From a virus: a DNA stretch of 39,788 nucleotides. The notes under the pieces are model-generated. The model had not been told where the DNA came from. It worked only from the letters and a program-made list of their open reading frames with translations, and did no database searches. Shown one piece after another: positions 1 to 9,104 of this stretch; the first letter of the stretch is position 1; every line of letters begins with the position of its first letter. A program made the translations under genes and the position numbers. The stretch lies in IMG/VR virus record IMGVR_UViG_3300032431_000022, one strand, 5' to 3'.

Positions 1-127
1 CTCCCCGGCCCGCAATCGCTCGAGCGCGAAAGCCAGCTCCCCGGCCAATCTGTAACACTCGGCGATTCCAAGTCATGGCTCGTCCCTGCCGCAGTCGAGT
101 ACGACGACGATTTAGTCGTGTCTTGCC
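1..127. repeat. Terminal overlap copy 1, identical to 39662-39788; circular-assembly signature
   Basis: Read directly: bases 1-127 equal 39662-39788 base for base. An ORF is in frame across the join. Confidence 0.95.
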
Positions 128-534
128 GCCTCCCGAGGACGATCGAAATCCAATCTACTGGCGAGTGGATGCTTGGCGATGTCGTGCCAATTTATCGCTA
201 CCTCTGGAAATCCATGCAGGCATACAAGGAGGCAGAATCCGCCGCGATTGGTCGCTCGTTTGTATTTGCACCGCTCAACGATTGGTGTATTGCCGCACTC
301 ACTGCCAATTATTATTTGGGACCATCGGAAAGCCTGCTCCTGGGGCTGCTCGACCAAATGAATCGAAGCCGGATAATCGCCGCGATTATGGACTACGCAA
401 CTGGTATCGAAATCCTGCAAAAAAAAAGGATTGCCCTCGCTACTGGCGACACACCCGATGGGCACGATGTATCGACGCCGGAACCCCCAGCGATTACCGA
501 CCAAGCCACGCCGACTGGTCCCACTACCACCTGA
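1..534 (+). CDS. 3' part of junction-spanning ORF (273 aa in total, starts at 39374); tail assembly chaperone candidate by position only
   Basis: Frame 1 is open from base 1 to the stop at 532-534. It is in frame with ATG 39374 through the 127-bp overlap and sits just upstream of the tape measure gene. Confidence 0.5.
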   Translation, partial: LPGPQSLERESQLPGQSVTLGDSKSWLVPAAVEYDDDLVVSCRLPRTIEIQSTGEWMLGDVVPIYRYLWKSMQAYKEAESAAIGRSFVFAPLNDWCIAALTANYYLGPSESLLLGLLDQMNRSRIIAAIMDYATGIEILQKKRIALATGDTPDGHDVSTPEPPAITDQATPTGPTTT

Positions 535-554
535 CACGAGGGGGATCCTAGCAC

Positions 555-2675
555 ATGGCCGAACTAGTAGTCACACTCACAGGCGACGAGGCAAATCTCG
601 CACGCTCTATCCAGAAGATGGTTACCGAGCAAGCCAAGCTCCAGGCAGGCTTTGACAAGTCCGGCTCGTCAGCGAAAAACGCAGCCGACGAACACGTCAA
701 GGCACACCAAAAAAACCAAGCCGAAATCGCAAAGGTAAACAAGCTCCACGAGGCAACAGTCCAGGCACTCGACCGCGAAGTCGTCGCAATGACCAAGGGC
801 AAGGCCGCAGCCGCAGAGCTTCGCGCAATCCAATCCGGTATGACTCGCGAGCAGGCAGCCGTCATCCGTCTCAGGCACGAAGAAATAGCCACAATCAATG
901 CGACGAAAGATGCCGCGAGAACATCCGCTGACGAGCAGTCTACGCACAACAGCTCTCTGACATCTGGTCTCGCTGGTCTAGCCGCGTCATATCTATCGCT
1001 CAACACCGTCGCATCAGCCTACACGCAAAACCTACGCGATCAAAAAGACCTTGCAAAAGAGGCTTTGGACATAGCAGAGAAACTTGCCAAAGTTCAGTCG
1101 ACAACATCGAAAAACCTAACCGGGCTGTCGTCAAAAGAAAAAGCGATCGCGATCTCAGAATCCGGAGCACTGTCGAAAGAACTCGGCATCGATCGTGCTG
1201 AAGTCGAGAAAGCCGTGGGGGCCGGTTTTAGCGCAGTCGGCAACATCGACGCAACCAAGAATGCAGTGAGAGCGGCTGCTCAGATCACGTCACTAAGCCC
1301 CGAACAACTCTCGACCGTAACGACGGGAGCCCTGGACGTTCGCAAAGCCACGGGCATCGACAATGCCGAGCAGAATCTTTCGTTTCTATTGCAGTCAGGC
1401 AAGCAAGCTCGAATCGAAGATCCAGCCAAACTATCGGCGACGCTCGCGAAAGCCCTTGCAAGCGGTGTCAATACAGTCCAAGGCCAGGACAAACAGGAAG
1501 CCTCTCGCGAACTCGCCGCAACATTCAGTGAGTTTACACAGGCCACTACCGACAAGACCGGTGATAGCACAGCGACCGCTGTCATTACCCTGTCGGCCAA
1601 GCTAAACGAATTCTTTCGCGACTTACCAAAAAGCATCGGGAAGCTCGACGAGCAGATCGCACCGCTAGTCGAAAAGCAAAAAGTCACTGAAATAGAAAAG
1701 GCCCAACTAGCACTTGCCGAATTCGACGTCGTTGAAAAGAAAAAAGACGCCGACCGCGCTGGGACCGGAACGGATGCAAGATCCATACGCGACAGACTGG
1801 AATACGATCAATCGGTTGCACGCCGCGACAAAATGAAAGAAGACGTCGGGCTGTCTGCCGACGAAGAGAAGAAACTCCAGGGGCTCCAGTCGCAGCGAGA
1901 CGGACTCGCCAGCGTCACTGACACGGGAACCTTCTTTGGTCGGCGAGACGCATTACAGAATAACGTCGGTGCTCAGGAAGCATTTTTGGCGAACCCAGTT
2001 GGCGAGGTTGCGTACCAAGGGGCGATCCGCGATTTCGTCCAGGGTGGCGCAGGATCCAAGCGAATCGATGCAAACAAAGGTGAACTTGGATTTGACGCTG
2101 GCGTTTTTAAAACGACGGCTGCCGAAGACGAAACGCTCTCTCCCGAGTTGCGCGTCGCTCGGGCAAGTGCGAGGGCCAAAGCAATCAGCGAGGCAAATAA
2201 AGTCGAAGGCGACAAACCCACGATCGGACTGATTGACGAGATCAAAAAGGATACGCTGCGTCAGAATCGTGGGGGCGTTATCATGGGCGCTGGCCAAGCC
2301 TACATAGAAGAAAAGAATGATAAATATCTACAGGCGGGCAATGACACAGCCGCTGCCGCCAACATCGCTGTTGGGCAACTAGAGAATCGACGCATGGAAT
2401 TGAATCGCTACGAAGGCGGAACCGTGGCAGGTGGTAATAAGATCGCGAAGATCGACGAAGCAATTCAAATGATCCTACAGATCGCATTCGATCAACGAAT
2501 AGGAATAACCACTGCCGGGGTGCGAGGCCGTAACGAGCAAGCAGAACTTCAACGAGAGACAAACGAACTGCTCCGGCAACAACTCAAAAACCGTGCAGCA
2601 GGCAATACCCCACCGGTCTCCGCGAACGCGATCCGAGCCCAGGCCGCTATGCCTCCAGTCGTGGGAGCCAACTAA
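555..2675 (+). CDS. Tail tape measure protein (706 aa)
   Basis: Long Ala/Lys/Glu/Gln-rich coiled-coil-like ORF in the tail module, following the tail tube and chaperone candidates. SD-like gaggggga lies upstream. Confidence 0.75.
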   Translation: MAELVVTLTGDEANLARSIQKMVTEQAKLQAGFDKSGSSAKNAADEHVKAHQKNQAEIAKVNKLHEATVQALDREVVAMTKGKAAAAELRAIQSGMTREQAAVIRLRHEEIATINATKDAARTSADEQSTHNSSLTSGLAGLAASYLSLNTVASAYTQNLRDQKDLAKEALDIAEKLAKVQSTTSKNLTGLSSKEKAIAISESGALSKELGIDRAEVEKAVGAGFSAVGNIDATKNAVRAAAQITSLSPEQLSTVTTGALDVRKATGIDNAEQNLSFLLQSGKQARIEDPAKLSATLAKALASGVNTVQGQDKQEASRELAATFSEFTQATTDKTGDSTATAVITLSAKLNEFFRDLPKSIGKLDEQIAPLVEKQKVTEIEKAQLALAEFDVVEKKKDADRAGTGTDARSIRDRLEYDQSVARRDKMKEDVGLSADEEKKLQGLQSQRDGLASVTDTGTFFGRRDALQNNVGAQEAFLANPVGEVAYQGAIRDFVQGGAGSKRIDANKGELGFDAGVFKTTAAEDETLSPELRVARASARAKAISEANKVEGDKPTIGLIDEIKKDTLRQNRGGVIMGAGQAYIEEKNDKYLQAGNDTAAAANIAVGQLENRRMELNRYEGGTVAGGNKIAKIDEAIQMILQIAFDQRIGITTAGVRGRNEQAELQRETNELLRQQLKNRAAGNTPPVSANAIRAQAAMPPVVGAN

Positions 2676-2677
2676 CC

Positions 2678-3097
2678 ATGCCCGCACCTGTCAACTCAAT
2701 CGGCAGTTTTGAATTCGTTCGATTTTTATCGAACACGCCGCTAACCCGTCCGACATATCAATTCTCTATCGAGACCAAGCCCGGTCGTGATGGGTTCGCC
2801 GCAATCTATGCAGGCCGATGGGGCACGCCAATCACAGTCGAAACCGAATCGGTATTCCCAACGTTTGTACTTGCTCAAACGTTCAAACAAAACTACCAAA
2901 ACGGCCCTCAATTGGATGTCGTCAACGTAGTCCAGGACGATGTTTCCTACCTCGCTCAGGGCGTGCAATTTATGGTTCAAAACGCCGAAGTCCAATCAAT
3001 CCAAGCCATCCCGTTTTACATGACCGCAGATGCTTATTTCATGCCTGCTTTTGTTGTCGTTACCGCATGGACATTGATACCGAGGTTAGTAACTTAA
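2678..3097 (+). CDS. Hypothetical tail protein (139 aa), distal-tail position
   Basis: Tightly coupled to the tape measure stop. Call is by position only. Confidence 0.4.
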   Translation: MPAPVNSIGSFEFVRFLSNTPLTRPTYQFSIETKPGRDGFAAIYAGRWGTPITVETESVFPTFVLAQTFKQNYQNGPQLDVVNVVQDDVSYLAQGVQFMVQNAEVQSIQAIPFYMTADAYFMPAFVVVTAWTLIPRLVT

Positions 3098-3100
3098 TCC

Positions 3101-5374
3101 ATGCCAACCAACATTATCACATTCGGTAGCGCGGTCGCATTTTCGGGTACATATCGGATCTACCGAAAGGCTCGCTGGGCTGATTCCTGGACACTCGACG
3201 AGCGGCTCCTCGTCACGGGCCTATCGATCGCCGCAGCTCCCACCATCCCGACCGCCTCGTTCACCTATCGATATGGCCAGGCTCGCGAATTCAATTCCGC
3301 GACGATGGTCACGCGATCGCGACTAAGCATCGAAGGCCACTTCATAGCGATCGAAGTCGATTGCCCCGAGGCCAGTACGTTCCATAGCTGGGTGGGCTAT
3401 GTCGATGCTGTATCGGAGAGCGAGCGCGGAGCAACACTGGTCGGCGCTAACATGATCGCAACCGGCCTGCAAACTTTTTCATGCGTTGGAATCGTCAACG
3501 CTTTAGCCTTCGAACAAATCGACAGGACGTTTTTTAACAACAACACAACCGGCACACAAAAGGCCGAGATGGCTCTTTCGCCACCGATCTTCAATCGGCT
3601 GATCAAAGATAAACTAACCGACGGAGATGACCGCCCCGAGCAATCGCGAGCAGACTCCAAGATCACCGAACCACCAGCGTCAACGACTGCGTTATCGTTC
3701 CTCCATATCTTCGATCGATTCTACGGACGCAACTCCAACGGCACAGTAACCTACAATAGCTGGTCCACCAAAGACATCGCCGAGCATCTCCTAGACCGCT
3801 ACCAACCACTGGATGCAACCGGAGCCAAAGCGATCAAATTTCGTTGGCGAGCGGGCTCGCTAGATCGTCTACCCACCGCCGACCAACCAATGCTCGATTG
3901 CACCGGAAAGACTCTCCTGCAATCACTCGACGAACTGATCACCGGAGCGAAGCTAATCGGCTACTATGCCGAGCACGTCATAGACGCAGCTGTTCCATGG
4001 ATCGAGCTGGTAACATTCACCTACGCATCAACCGCCGTCGACGTAGGCGATTACACAATCCCAGCCAACGACGACATCGTTGATCTGATCATGTTTGCCG
4101 ACCCAGCCACCGGCTACACAACGCAGTTCAACTTGTCGCAAAAGTACGACCAAGTAATTGCACGCGGAGCCCGCCGCAGAGTCGTCGCAACGCTCAACAT
4201 GAAAGACACCGCAGGCACCCCAGAGCCGAGTGTGATTCGATCATGGCCGACGTCATTACAAACAACTGACCGTCAAGCCAAGCTTGACGCGATTGCCGCA
4301 GAATCGGATGCAGTATCATCGCAATCCGAAAAGACCGAAAAGTATCTTGCGATATACGACTCGCCGCAGTTCTTCCCTGTCGGCTCAAACTTTATTTTGC
4401 GAGTCAATGGATGGACTGGCAACCGCCATTTTCAAATTGCATCGCACAGATTGTTTGAACAACAAAAGGACGCCGAAGGTAACGATCAAGACTACTACCC
4501 ATCTCCGCAATACTTGCGTGTCCTCAACGACCTGCCATTACTGGAGGGGATCAATTACAAAAACGGATTTTCACAATCGGCACTCGGATTACGGCCACGT
4601 CGATACCTGGAAAATCAAGTCTTTTCGCCTGAGTTTACGCAGTCCGGTGCTACGTTCACTGCGCATGCAACGAAAAAAGTTTACTGGGGTGATCGCCATA
4701 AACGAACGTACTTTTGGAAGCCCAGCGAGCCACCGTTTTCGATTAAGGGTGATCCCCTCGACAACGCGTGCGGTGTCGCGTTAAAAATCGAAGGAGCATC
4801 ACAGTACCAATTGCTGTTTGGTGACTTGTCGGTACCATCCAGCCCGTTCGTCCCGCACCTGCCACACATCGCCACGGCGCAATTGCAAGTGACATGCTGC
4901 CTCGAGGAAGATCGCCAAATCGAATCACGCTGGCCAACCGAAAGCACTATCTCCGCAGCCGCTGCTCTGGATGCCGTTCGCCGTCTGATCATCGACGCCC
5001 CGAACTGTCAAAAGAATCGCATCCTCGAGGGCACGCTCCTGTGGACCGATCAAGAAGTGTTCTCGGTCGCATCCACGCAAACGATCCGCGATGACACGGC
5101 AAAGCTCACTTCGCTCGCTAAACGAGCCTCCGCATGGTTCACAGTCCCGCGTCGAGTTCTGCGAGTCAAAACCGCTCGCACAACCTCACTCGTGGGTCTC
5201 GGTAAACTAGTTCGCAACATCGAAAACAGCACCGTCCAATCGCTCGAAATCAACACGGTAATCACGCAATTATCGCTAACCTTTGATTCCACACGCGGAC
5301 CATCCATGGAGATCGAAACCCAGTCCGGTCAAATCGATGCGCTCGCGTTTGTCCCCGCTGGTTGGGAGACCTAG
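3101..5374 (+). CDS. Large tail/baseplate-associated structural protein (757 aa)
   Basis: Long ORF directly after the distal tail candidate. No motif recognised. Confidence 0.45.
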   Translation: MPTNIITFGSAVAFSGTYRIYRKARWADSWTLDERLLVTGLSIAAAPTIPTASFTYRYGQAREFNSATMVTRSRLSIEGHFIAIEVDCPEASTFHSWVGYVDAVSESERGATLVGANMIATGLQTFSCVGIVNALAFEQIDRTFFNNNTTGTQKAEMALSPPIFNRLIKDKLTDGDDRPEQSRADSKITEPPASTTALSFLHIFDRFYGRNSNGTVTYNSWSTKDIAEHLLDRYQPLDATGAKAIKFRWRAGSLDRLPTADQPMLDCTGKTLLQSLDELITGAKLIGYYAEHVIDAAVPWIELVTFTYASTAVDVGDYTIPANDDIVDLIMFADPATGYTTQFNLSQKYDQVIARGARRRVVATLNMKDTAGTPEPSVIRSWPTSLQTTDRQAKLDAIAAESDAVSSQSEKTEKYLAIYDSPQFFPVGSNFILRVNGWTGNRHFQIASHRLFEQQKDAEGNDQDYYPSPQYLRVLNDLPLLEGINYKNGFSQSALGLRPRRYLENQVFSPEFTQSGATFTAHATKKVYWGDRHKRTYFWKPSEPPFSIKGDPLDNACGVALKIEGASQYQLLFGDLSVPSSPFVPHLPHIATAQLQVTCCLEEDRQIESRWPTESTISAAAALDAVRRLIIDAPNCQKNRILEGTLLWTDQEVFSVASTQTIRDDTAKLTSLAKRASAWFTVPRRVLRVKTARTTSLVGLGKLVRNIENSTVQSLEINTVITQLSLTFDSTRGPSMEIETQSGQIDALAFVPAGWET

Positions 5375-5385
5375 TAGTCGACCTA

Positions 5386-5463
5386 ATGAGCCGCAACGCG
5401 ATAGCGTGCGGTTTTTACGAACATAAAAGAAAGGAAACCGCACGCTATCGCGTTGCGGCTCAT
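5386..5463. repeat. Perfect inverted repeat: 29-bp arms (5386-5414 and 5435-5463) with a 20-nt loop
   Basis: atgagccgcaacgcgatagcgtgcggttt and its exact reverse complement, read directly. Intergenic between the 757-aa gene and ATG 5470. Confidence 0.95.
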
Positions 5464-5469
5464 AAAACC

Positions 5470-5925
5470 ATGAATGCCGCACGCGTAGTACGTCTAACCG
5501 GAGCCCGCACCGATACATCTACCGGTCCAGTCATGTGGTCGATCGAGATACCCGACGGAGATCCAATCGAATCCGACGAAATCTATTGCAACGCAGGTTT
5601 TTATTGGATCCTAGTCAACGTCAAAGTCAACTCTATTTCGACCATGACCAACGAACGCAAATTCGAATTTGACTTAGAAACGCTAACTCCTCGAGGCGTC
5701 ACTCTATCGACCCGAGAGCATACGCACCCAGTCCCAGGATTTAGCGCATCGTCGGCAGGTCCGCGATTGGTCTACCAATCACCGTTTCAGTTTTGGTCCT
5801 ACGGCACGATTATTCAGGGCACAAAACTAAAGCTAATCGTCGAGCATCCTTGCAACGTTGAATTGATCGCTGTCCGCCATGCAAACATTGCCAACGAGTC
5901 CATGATGGAATTGGAGCTGCGATAG
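5470..5925 (+). CDS. Hypothetical structural protein (151 aa)
   Basis: The ORF-track start at 5362 would translate the hairpin. The in-frame ATG at 5470 just after the hairpin is preferred. Confidence 0.5.
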   Translation: MNAARVVRLTGARTDTSTGPVMWSIEIPDGDPIESDEIYCNAGFYWILVNVKVNSISTMTNERKFEFDLETLTPRGVTLSTREHTHPVPGFSASSAGPRLVYQSPFQFWSYGTIIQGTKLKLIVEHPCNVELIAVRHANIANESMMELELR

Positions 5926-5928
5926 ATC

Positions 5929-6525
5929 ATGGAAATATGGGCCACGATGCGATCGACGCTGTTTAGTAGTGCGGATTATCCTGATGCCACAACCGGGGCT
6001 TTTGTACCGATACACCAAAACGAGTTTCGCAGATGTGTATTTCGCTCAAGCGGATTACACCTAGTGATTGCGTCGTTTGTTGCTGACGGAGCATTTTTGT
6101 ACCACCAATCGTACACCGTTGGGGTGGAGTCGTTTTATCGAGAACCGATTCATACTAACTTTATCAACGCAGTGTTAGTCGATGCGAATCGTGCTGATGT
6201 TCTTCGCGATGGACAGCCTTACGGAGTATTCCCGCCGTCAATCGAAATCAAATGCGACGCCCATACTCACACCTACGATAGCGGATCGAAAACGGTCACC
6301 GGATTACTTGGACGCGACGAAGTTTCTGCGGGTGGGATGTTTATGGATCGCGCGGGTCGATCGCGTCGGCAACGAGCAACGCAGCAATTATTTTTCATAG
6401 TCGACGCCACGCCCGGCGATACGCTATTTATTTGGTGCGACTACCCACCCGAAACGGCAATCACTTACGAGATGTTTCGCCTCTGCCCCGCATTCCAAAA
6501 CTGGAAGGCAATCGAAATCGGATGA
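5929..6525 (+). CDS. Hypothetical structural protein (198 aa)
   Basis: Tightly packed in the tail operon. ATGA overlap with the next gene. Confidence 0.5.
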   Translation: MEIWATMRSTLFSSADYPDATTGAFVPIHQNEFRRCVFRSSGLHLVIASFVADGAFLYHQSYTVGVESFYREPIHTNFINAVLVDANRADVLRDGQPYGVFPPSIEIKCDAHTHTYDSGSKTVTGLLGRDEVSAGGMFMDRAGRSRRQRATQQLFFIVDATPGDTLFIWCDYPPETAITYEMFRLCPAFQNWKAIEIG

Positions 6526-7583
6526 ACAATATCCAGCCATTCAATTACGTTGGCCATTGGACTGGAACCGGCACCACATCAGGAGCCGCCGTATCGATCA
6601 CAACCGCGCCCTACACACGTTCGACCGTCGACAGCAGCAGCGGCACCACCAGTCGATTCCAGTGGCGACCATCGACCCAAACCGCCGCACCCGACAAACG
6701 CGTTCTGCGCCCCCGAAACCGCATGTCAGTCGCGTATTTAATCACGGTCAGGCCAACAACAGCCACCTGGCAAACACGACTAACGCGAATGGAGATCGCA
6801 ACCAACCCATTCGTAAGACCCGATCATGTGCATTGTGTACCTGGCCTTCCTACCAGTTTTTCTACGGTCGCTTCAGCGTCTGGCACGACATACACCGCAC
6901 ACTACCCTGGTGCGATTGTCGTGCCAAATCCAATACTAGAGTTGTCGTCCGGCAACCCTCGAGTTGTCAGCGATCGAATTGTCGGAAACTCCAGCGGCGA
7001 GGTCCGGACTAACGGTATCAGTGGGGATGTGCAAATATTCGACAGCGAGCGAATATTTGCTACGGGCATTTTTAGCCAGGGTTTTGCACCCTATACGCGG
7101 ATACTTTCGGCGTATCAACTTGTCCACGGACTGACTTCCCCAATCACAACAAACATCTGGCCGCAGGATACATTTACTTCCTGGGGTATGGCTCACATCG
7201 GAGCCAATACCGATTGGTGCCCACCGATCATCGTCGAGGCCAGTGATACAGTAGATTTCGAGGCGTCGATGTCACTCTGGATAATCGATCGACCCGTCTC
7301 GCCATTTACGCAAACCAATCTACGAGCGATTTCCGAGAGCGGTCAGCGATCGCTCACCAATCTAGCCGTCTCGCCACCCACGCCAGCCGCCCCGCCGTTT
7401 GCATTCTCGCGGCACCGCATACTCCCCGCTGGTCAATACTGGCGAACCCTTACCTACCCCGCAACCTACGCCTCCCCGACCGCTCGCTGGTCCGCCGTCC
7501 CAGGATCCTCCAGCACCGGATTCACGCCACCAATCACAGAGCCAAGTTGCCCATTCGTAATCACGCCAGGCGTCCCAGACTAA
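6522..7583 (+). CDS. Hypothetical tail protein (353 aa), Ser/Thr/Pro-rich
   Basis: In-frame ATG 6522 overlaps the preceding stop (ATGA). Last gene of the plus-strand operon. Its stop overlaps the intI stop convergently by 4 nt. Confidence 0.5.
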   Translation: MNNIQPFNYVGHWTGTGTTSGAAVSITTAPYTRSTVDSSSGTTSRFQWRPSTQTAAPDKRVLRPRNRMSVAYLITVRPTTATWQTRLTRMEIATNPFVRPDHVHCVPGLPTSFSTVASASGTTYTAHYPGAIVVPNPILELSSGNPRVVSDRIVGNSSGEVRTNGISGDVQIFDSERIFATGIFSQGFAPYTRILSAYQLVHGLTSPITTNIWPQDTFTSWGMAHIGANTDWCPPIIVEASDTVDFEASMSLWIIDRPVSPFTQTNLRAISESGQRSLTNLAVSPPTPAAPPFAFSRHRILPAGQYWRTLTYPATYASPTARWSAVPGSSSTGFTPPITEPSCPFVITPGVPD

Positions 7584-8590
7584 GCCCGCTTCCGTCGATG
7601 GATCTGCATAGTCGAAGGGTTCGCCATTAGCGTCTCCAGCGGGCTCAAAGCCGCCGTCGCCTGATGTTCGTCCGAGTGTACGTAAATTTCAGTTGTCCTT
7701 ATATCCGCGTGACCCAAAAGTTGCATCAACGTTCGCATCGGTACGCCTTGCTCGTGCGAGTGCGTCGCGTATGAATGCCGTAGCACATGCGATGTTACCC
7801 GCTTCATAATCCCCGCTCGCTCAGATGCCTCCTTGATCATCCTTGCAATATGATCAGGATGGCGATGATGACGACACAAAACTCGCTCGTGCCCAACGCT
7901 AAGGCAGTCGCTTGGAAACAGGAAATACCACATCAGCGACGATGCCGCACGAGGCGATTTCCGCCGATACGCATCGGGCAGCGAAACGCCGTTTGGATTC
8001 TGCGTTTGATCGCATCGGCAAACCACTTCGACCGATTGGATTTGACGCCGAACCGCTTGATGCACAATCTCCGGAAAGACCGTAAACCGCCACTTTTCGC
8101 CCTTGGTTGTTTTGATCGCCAATTGTTTCCGATCGAAGCTAATATCCTTCAGCCTCAACCCAACAGCATCACCAATCCGAAGCCCGCACCCGTACATCAA
8201 TTGAGCGACCAACAGATTCACCCCGTCAAGCTGCGTGAACAACCTACCGACCTCACCGACACTCAGCACCTCACGAGTGTGAGCCTCCCGCTTGGCCCGC
8301 ATCGCGCTAACATTCTCGATCGAGATCCCCAGTATCTCCCGATAGAGATACAGCACCGCTTGCAAAGCAGTATTCTGAGTACTTTTCGACACACCCTTAT
8401 CCGTCGACAACCAAGACAACCACCGCTCAATTTCCACCCGCCCACAATCCTTCGGATGCCGCCACTCACTAGCATTGTACGACCGCACATGCTGCATATA
8501 GTCGACACAATACCCCCAATAAGTCCGAAAAGTATTAGGCGATAAGCCCTGCAACTTAATCTTCCGCTCCATCTGTTCCTCAAGTTTCAT
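7580..8590 (-). CDS. intI: Integron integrase (IntI-type tyrosine recombinase, 336 aa)
   Basis: GVSLPDAYRRKSPRAASSLMWYFLFP...CRHH matches the IntI-specific insertion (IntI1: [26 protein letters not shown]...RRHH). Catalytic set present: GLRIGD, KGEKWR, HVLRHSYAT, LLGHADIRTTEIYVH. SPLE tail is like IntI1 SPLD. Start chosen at MKLEEQ, with GAGGAG upstream. Confidence 0.85.
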   Translation of the reverse strand: MKLEEQMERKIKLQGLSPNTFRTYWGYCVDYMQHVRSYNASEWRHPKDCGRVEIERWLSWLSTDKGVSKSTQNTALQAVLYLYREILGISIENVSAMRAKREAHTREVLSVGEVGRLFTQLDGVNLLVAQLMYGCGLRIGDAVGLRLKDISFDRKQLAIKTTKGEKWRFTVFPEIVHQAVRRQIQSVEVVCRCDQTQNPNGVSLPDAYRRKSPRAASSLMWYFLFPSDCLSVGHERVLCRHHRHPDHIARMIKEASERAGIMKRVTSHVLRHSYATHSHEQGVPMRTLMQLLGHADIRTTEIYVHSDEHQATAALSPLETLMANPSTMQIHRRKRA

Positions 8591-8652
8591 TATCCTGCGC
8601 TCCTCATGTATTATCCGTGTTAAAAATCGACTAATAAGTTGTTCGCAGGGCC
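8591..8652. other. intI-proximal site: attI candidate or short degenerate attC-like hairpin
   Basis: gttcgcagggcc (8641-8652) is the exact complement of 9008-9019. cctgcg (8594-8599) pairs with cgcagg (8644-8649). The arm ttagtcgat resembles the consensus arm ttgaccgat. Overlaps the intI SD. Confidence 0.45.
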
Positions 8653-8999
8653 TACTTGCGGCCTTTTGGTTTTTTAATTGCACTCGGTGACGAATCAAGC
8701 TCGTCTTGGATTCTTGCTTGCCTACGCGATGCCAACTCGCCATACGCATAAGCTGCGATGCCTTCCATATTTTCCGCTGCTCCGTAATGATTGGTCAACG
8801 TCGCCTCGGCTTCCATGCCGTCCTCGCGAATGGCACTAAATCGCATCACGAAGAGTAGATCCCGAATCTTGTACTTGTTCCGTAGTTCATACAATTCATC
8901 ACAAAATTTCACTACTCGCTCATTCGCAACCTCGAATGATTCGTGAGGTATGCTGACTTCGCGGTATTGCTGCATGTCGTTTTTAATTACTGATGTCAT
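8652..8999 (-). CDS. Cassette ORF A, hypothetical (115 aa)
   Basis: Start moved to the in-frame ATG at 8999, because the upstream part of the track ORF lies in the attC-like hairpin. Flanked by a complementary 12-mer pair. Confidence 0.6.
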   Translation of the reverse strand: MTSVIKNDMQQYREVSIPHESFEVANERVVKFCDELYELRNKYKIRDLLFVMRFSAIREDGMEAEATLTNHYGAAENMEGIAAYAYGELASRRQARIQDELDSSPSAIKKPKGRK

Positions 9000-9007
9000 T
9001 TGATTAC

Positions 9008-9104
9008 GGCCCTGCGAACAAAGCGTTGGACCGAAGCACCGGCCAAACATTGATTTGAATTTGAATCGTCAACCGGTGCATCGGTCAACTATTTCGTTAT
9101 CGGG
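9008..9104. repeat. attC-like imperfect hairpin a1 (97 bp)
   Basis: Stem gaccgaAgcaccgg / ccggtgcAtcggtc with a conserved A.A mismatch. Outer boxes end in AAC (9017-9019) and GTT (9096-9098). Confidence 0.8.

Noticed and set aside
1-127. The 127-bp terminal repeat as a biological direct terminal repeat
   Set aside because: A length of exactly 127 is typical of assembler k-mer overlap on circular contigs, and a gene reads through the join. It is treated as a circularisation artefact, although only read-end analysis can settle this.
419-427. Run of nine A residues near the 3' end of the ORF preceding the tape measure, as a possible chaperone G/GT-type frameshift site
   Set aside because: The -1 frame terminates at 551 and the +1 frame at 655, so a shift would add only a few to about 40 residues instead of a substantial extension. 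No downstream structure was noted. It could still cause sequencing-length errors.
5362-5469. ORF-track start at 5362 for the gene ending at 5925
   Set aside because: The first 36 codons would be the translation of the perfect 29-bp hairpin, and the start would overlap the preceding gene. The in-frame ATG at 5470, immediately after the hairpin, is more plausible.
7787-8545. 252-aa plus-strand ORF antisense to intI, together with other long antisense ORFs (548-1006, 1280-1786, 30587-31423, 31183-31707 and 36169-36510, all minus strand)
   Set aside because: They lie entirely within stronger, motif-bearing ORFs on the opposite strand. Their composition is Arg/Pro/Ser-rich low complexity, typical of shadow frames, and they have no ribosome-binding sites.
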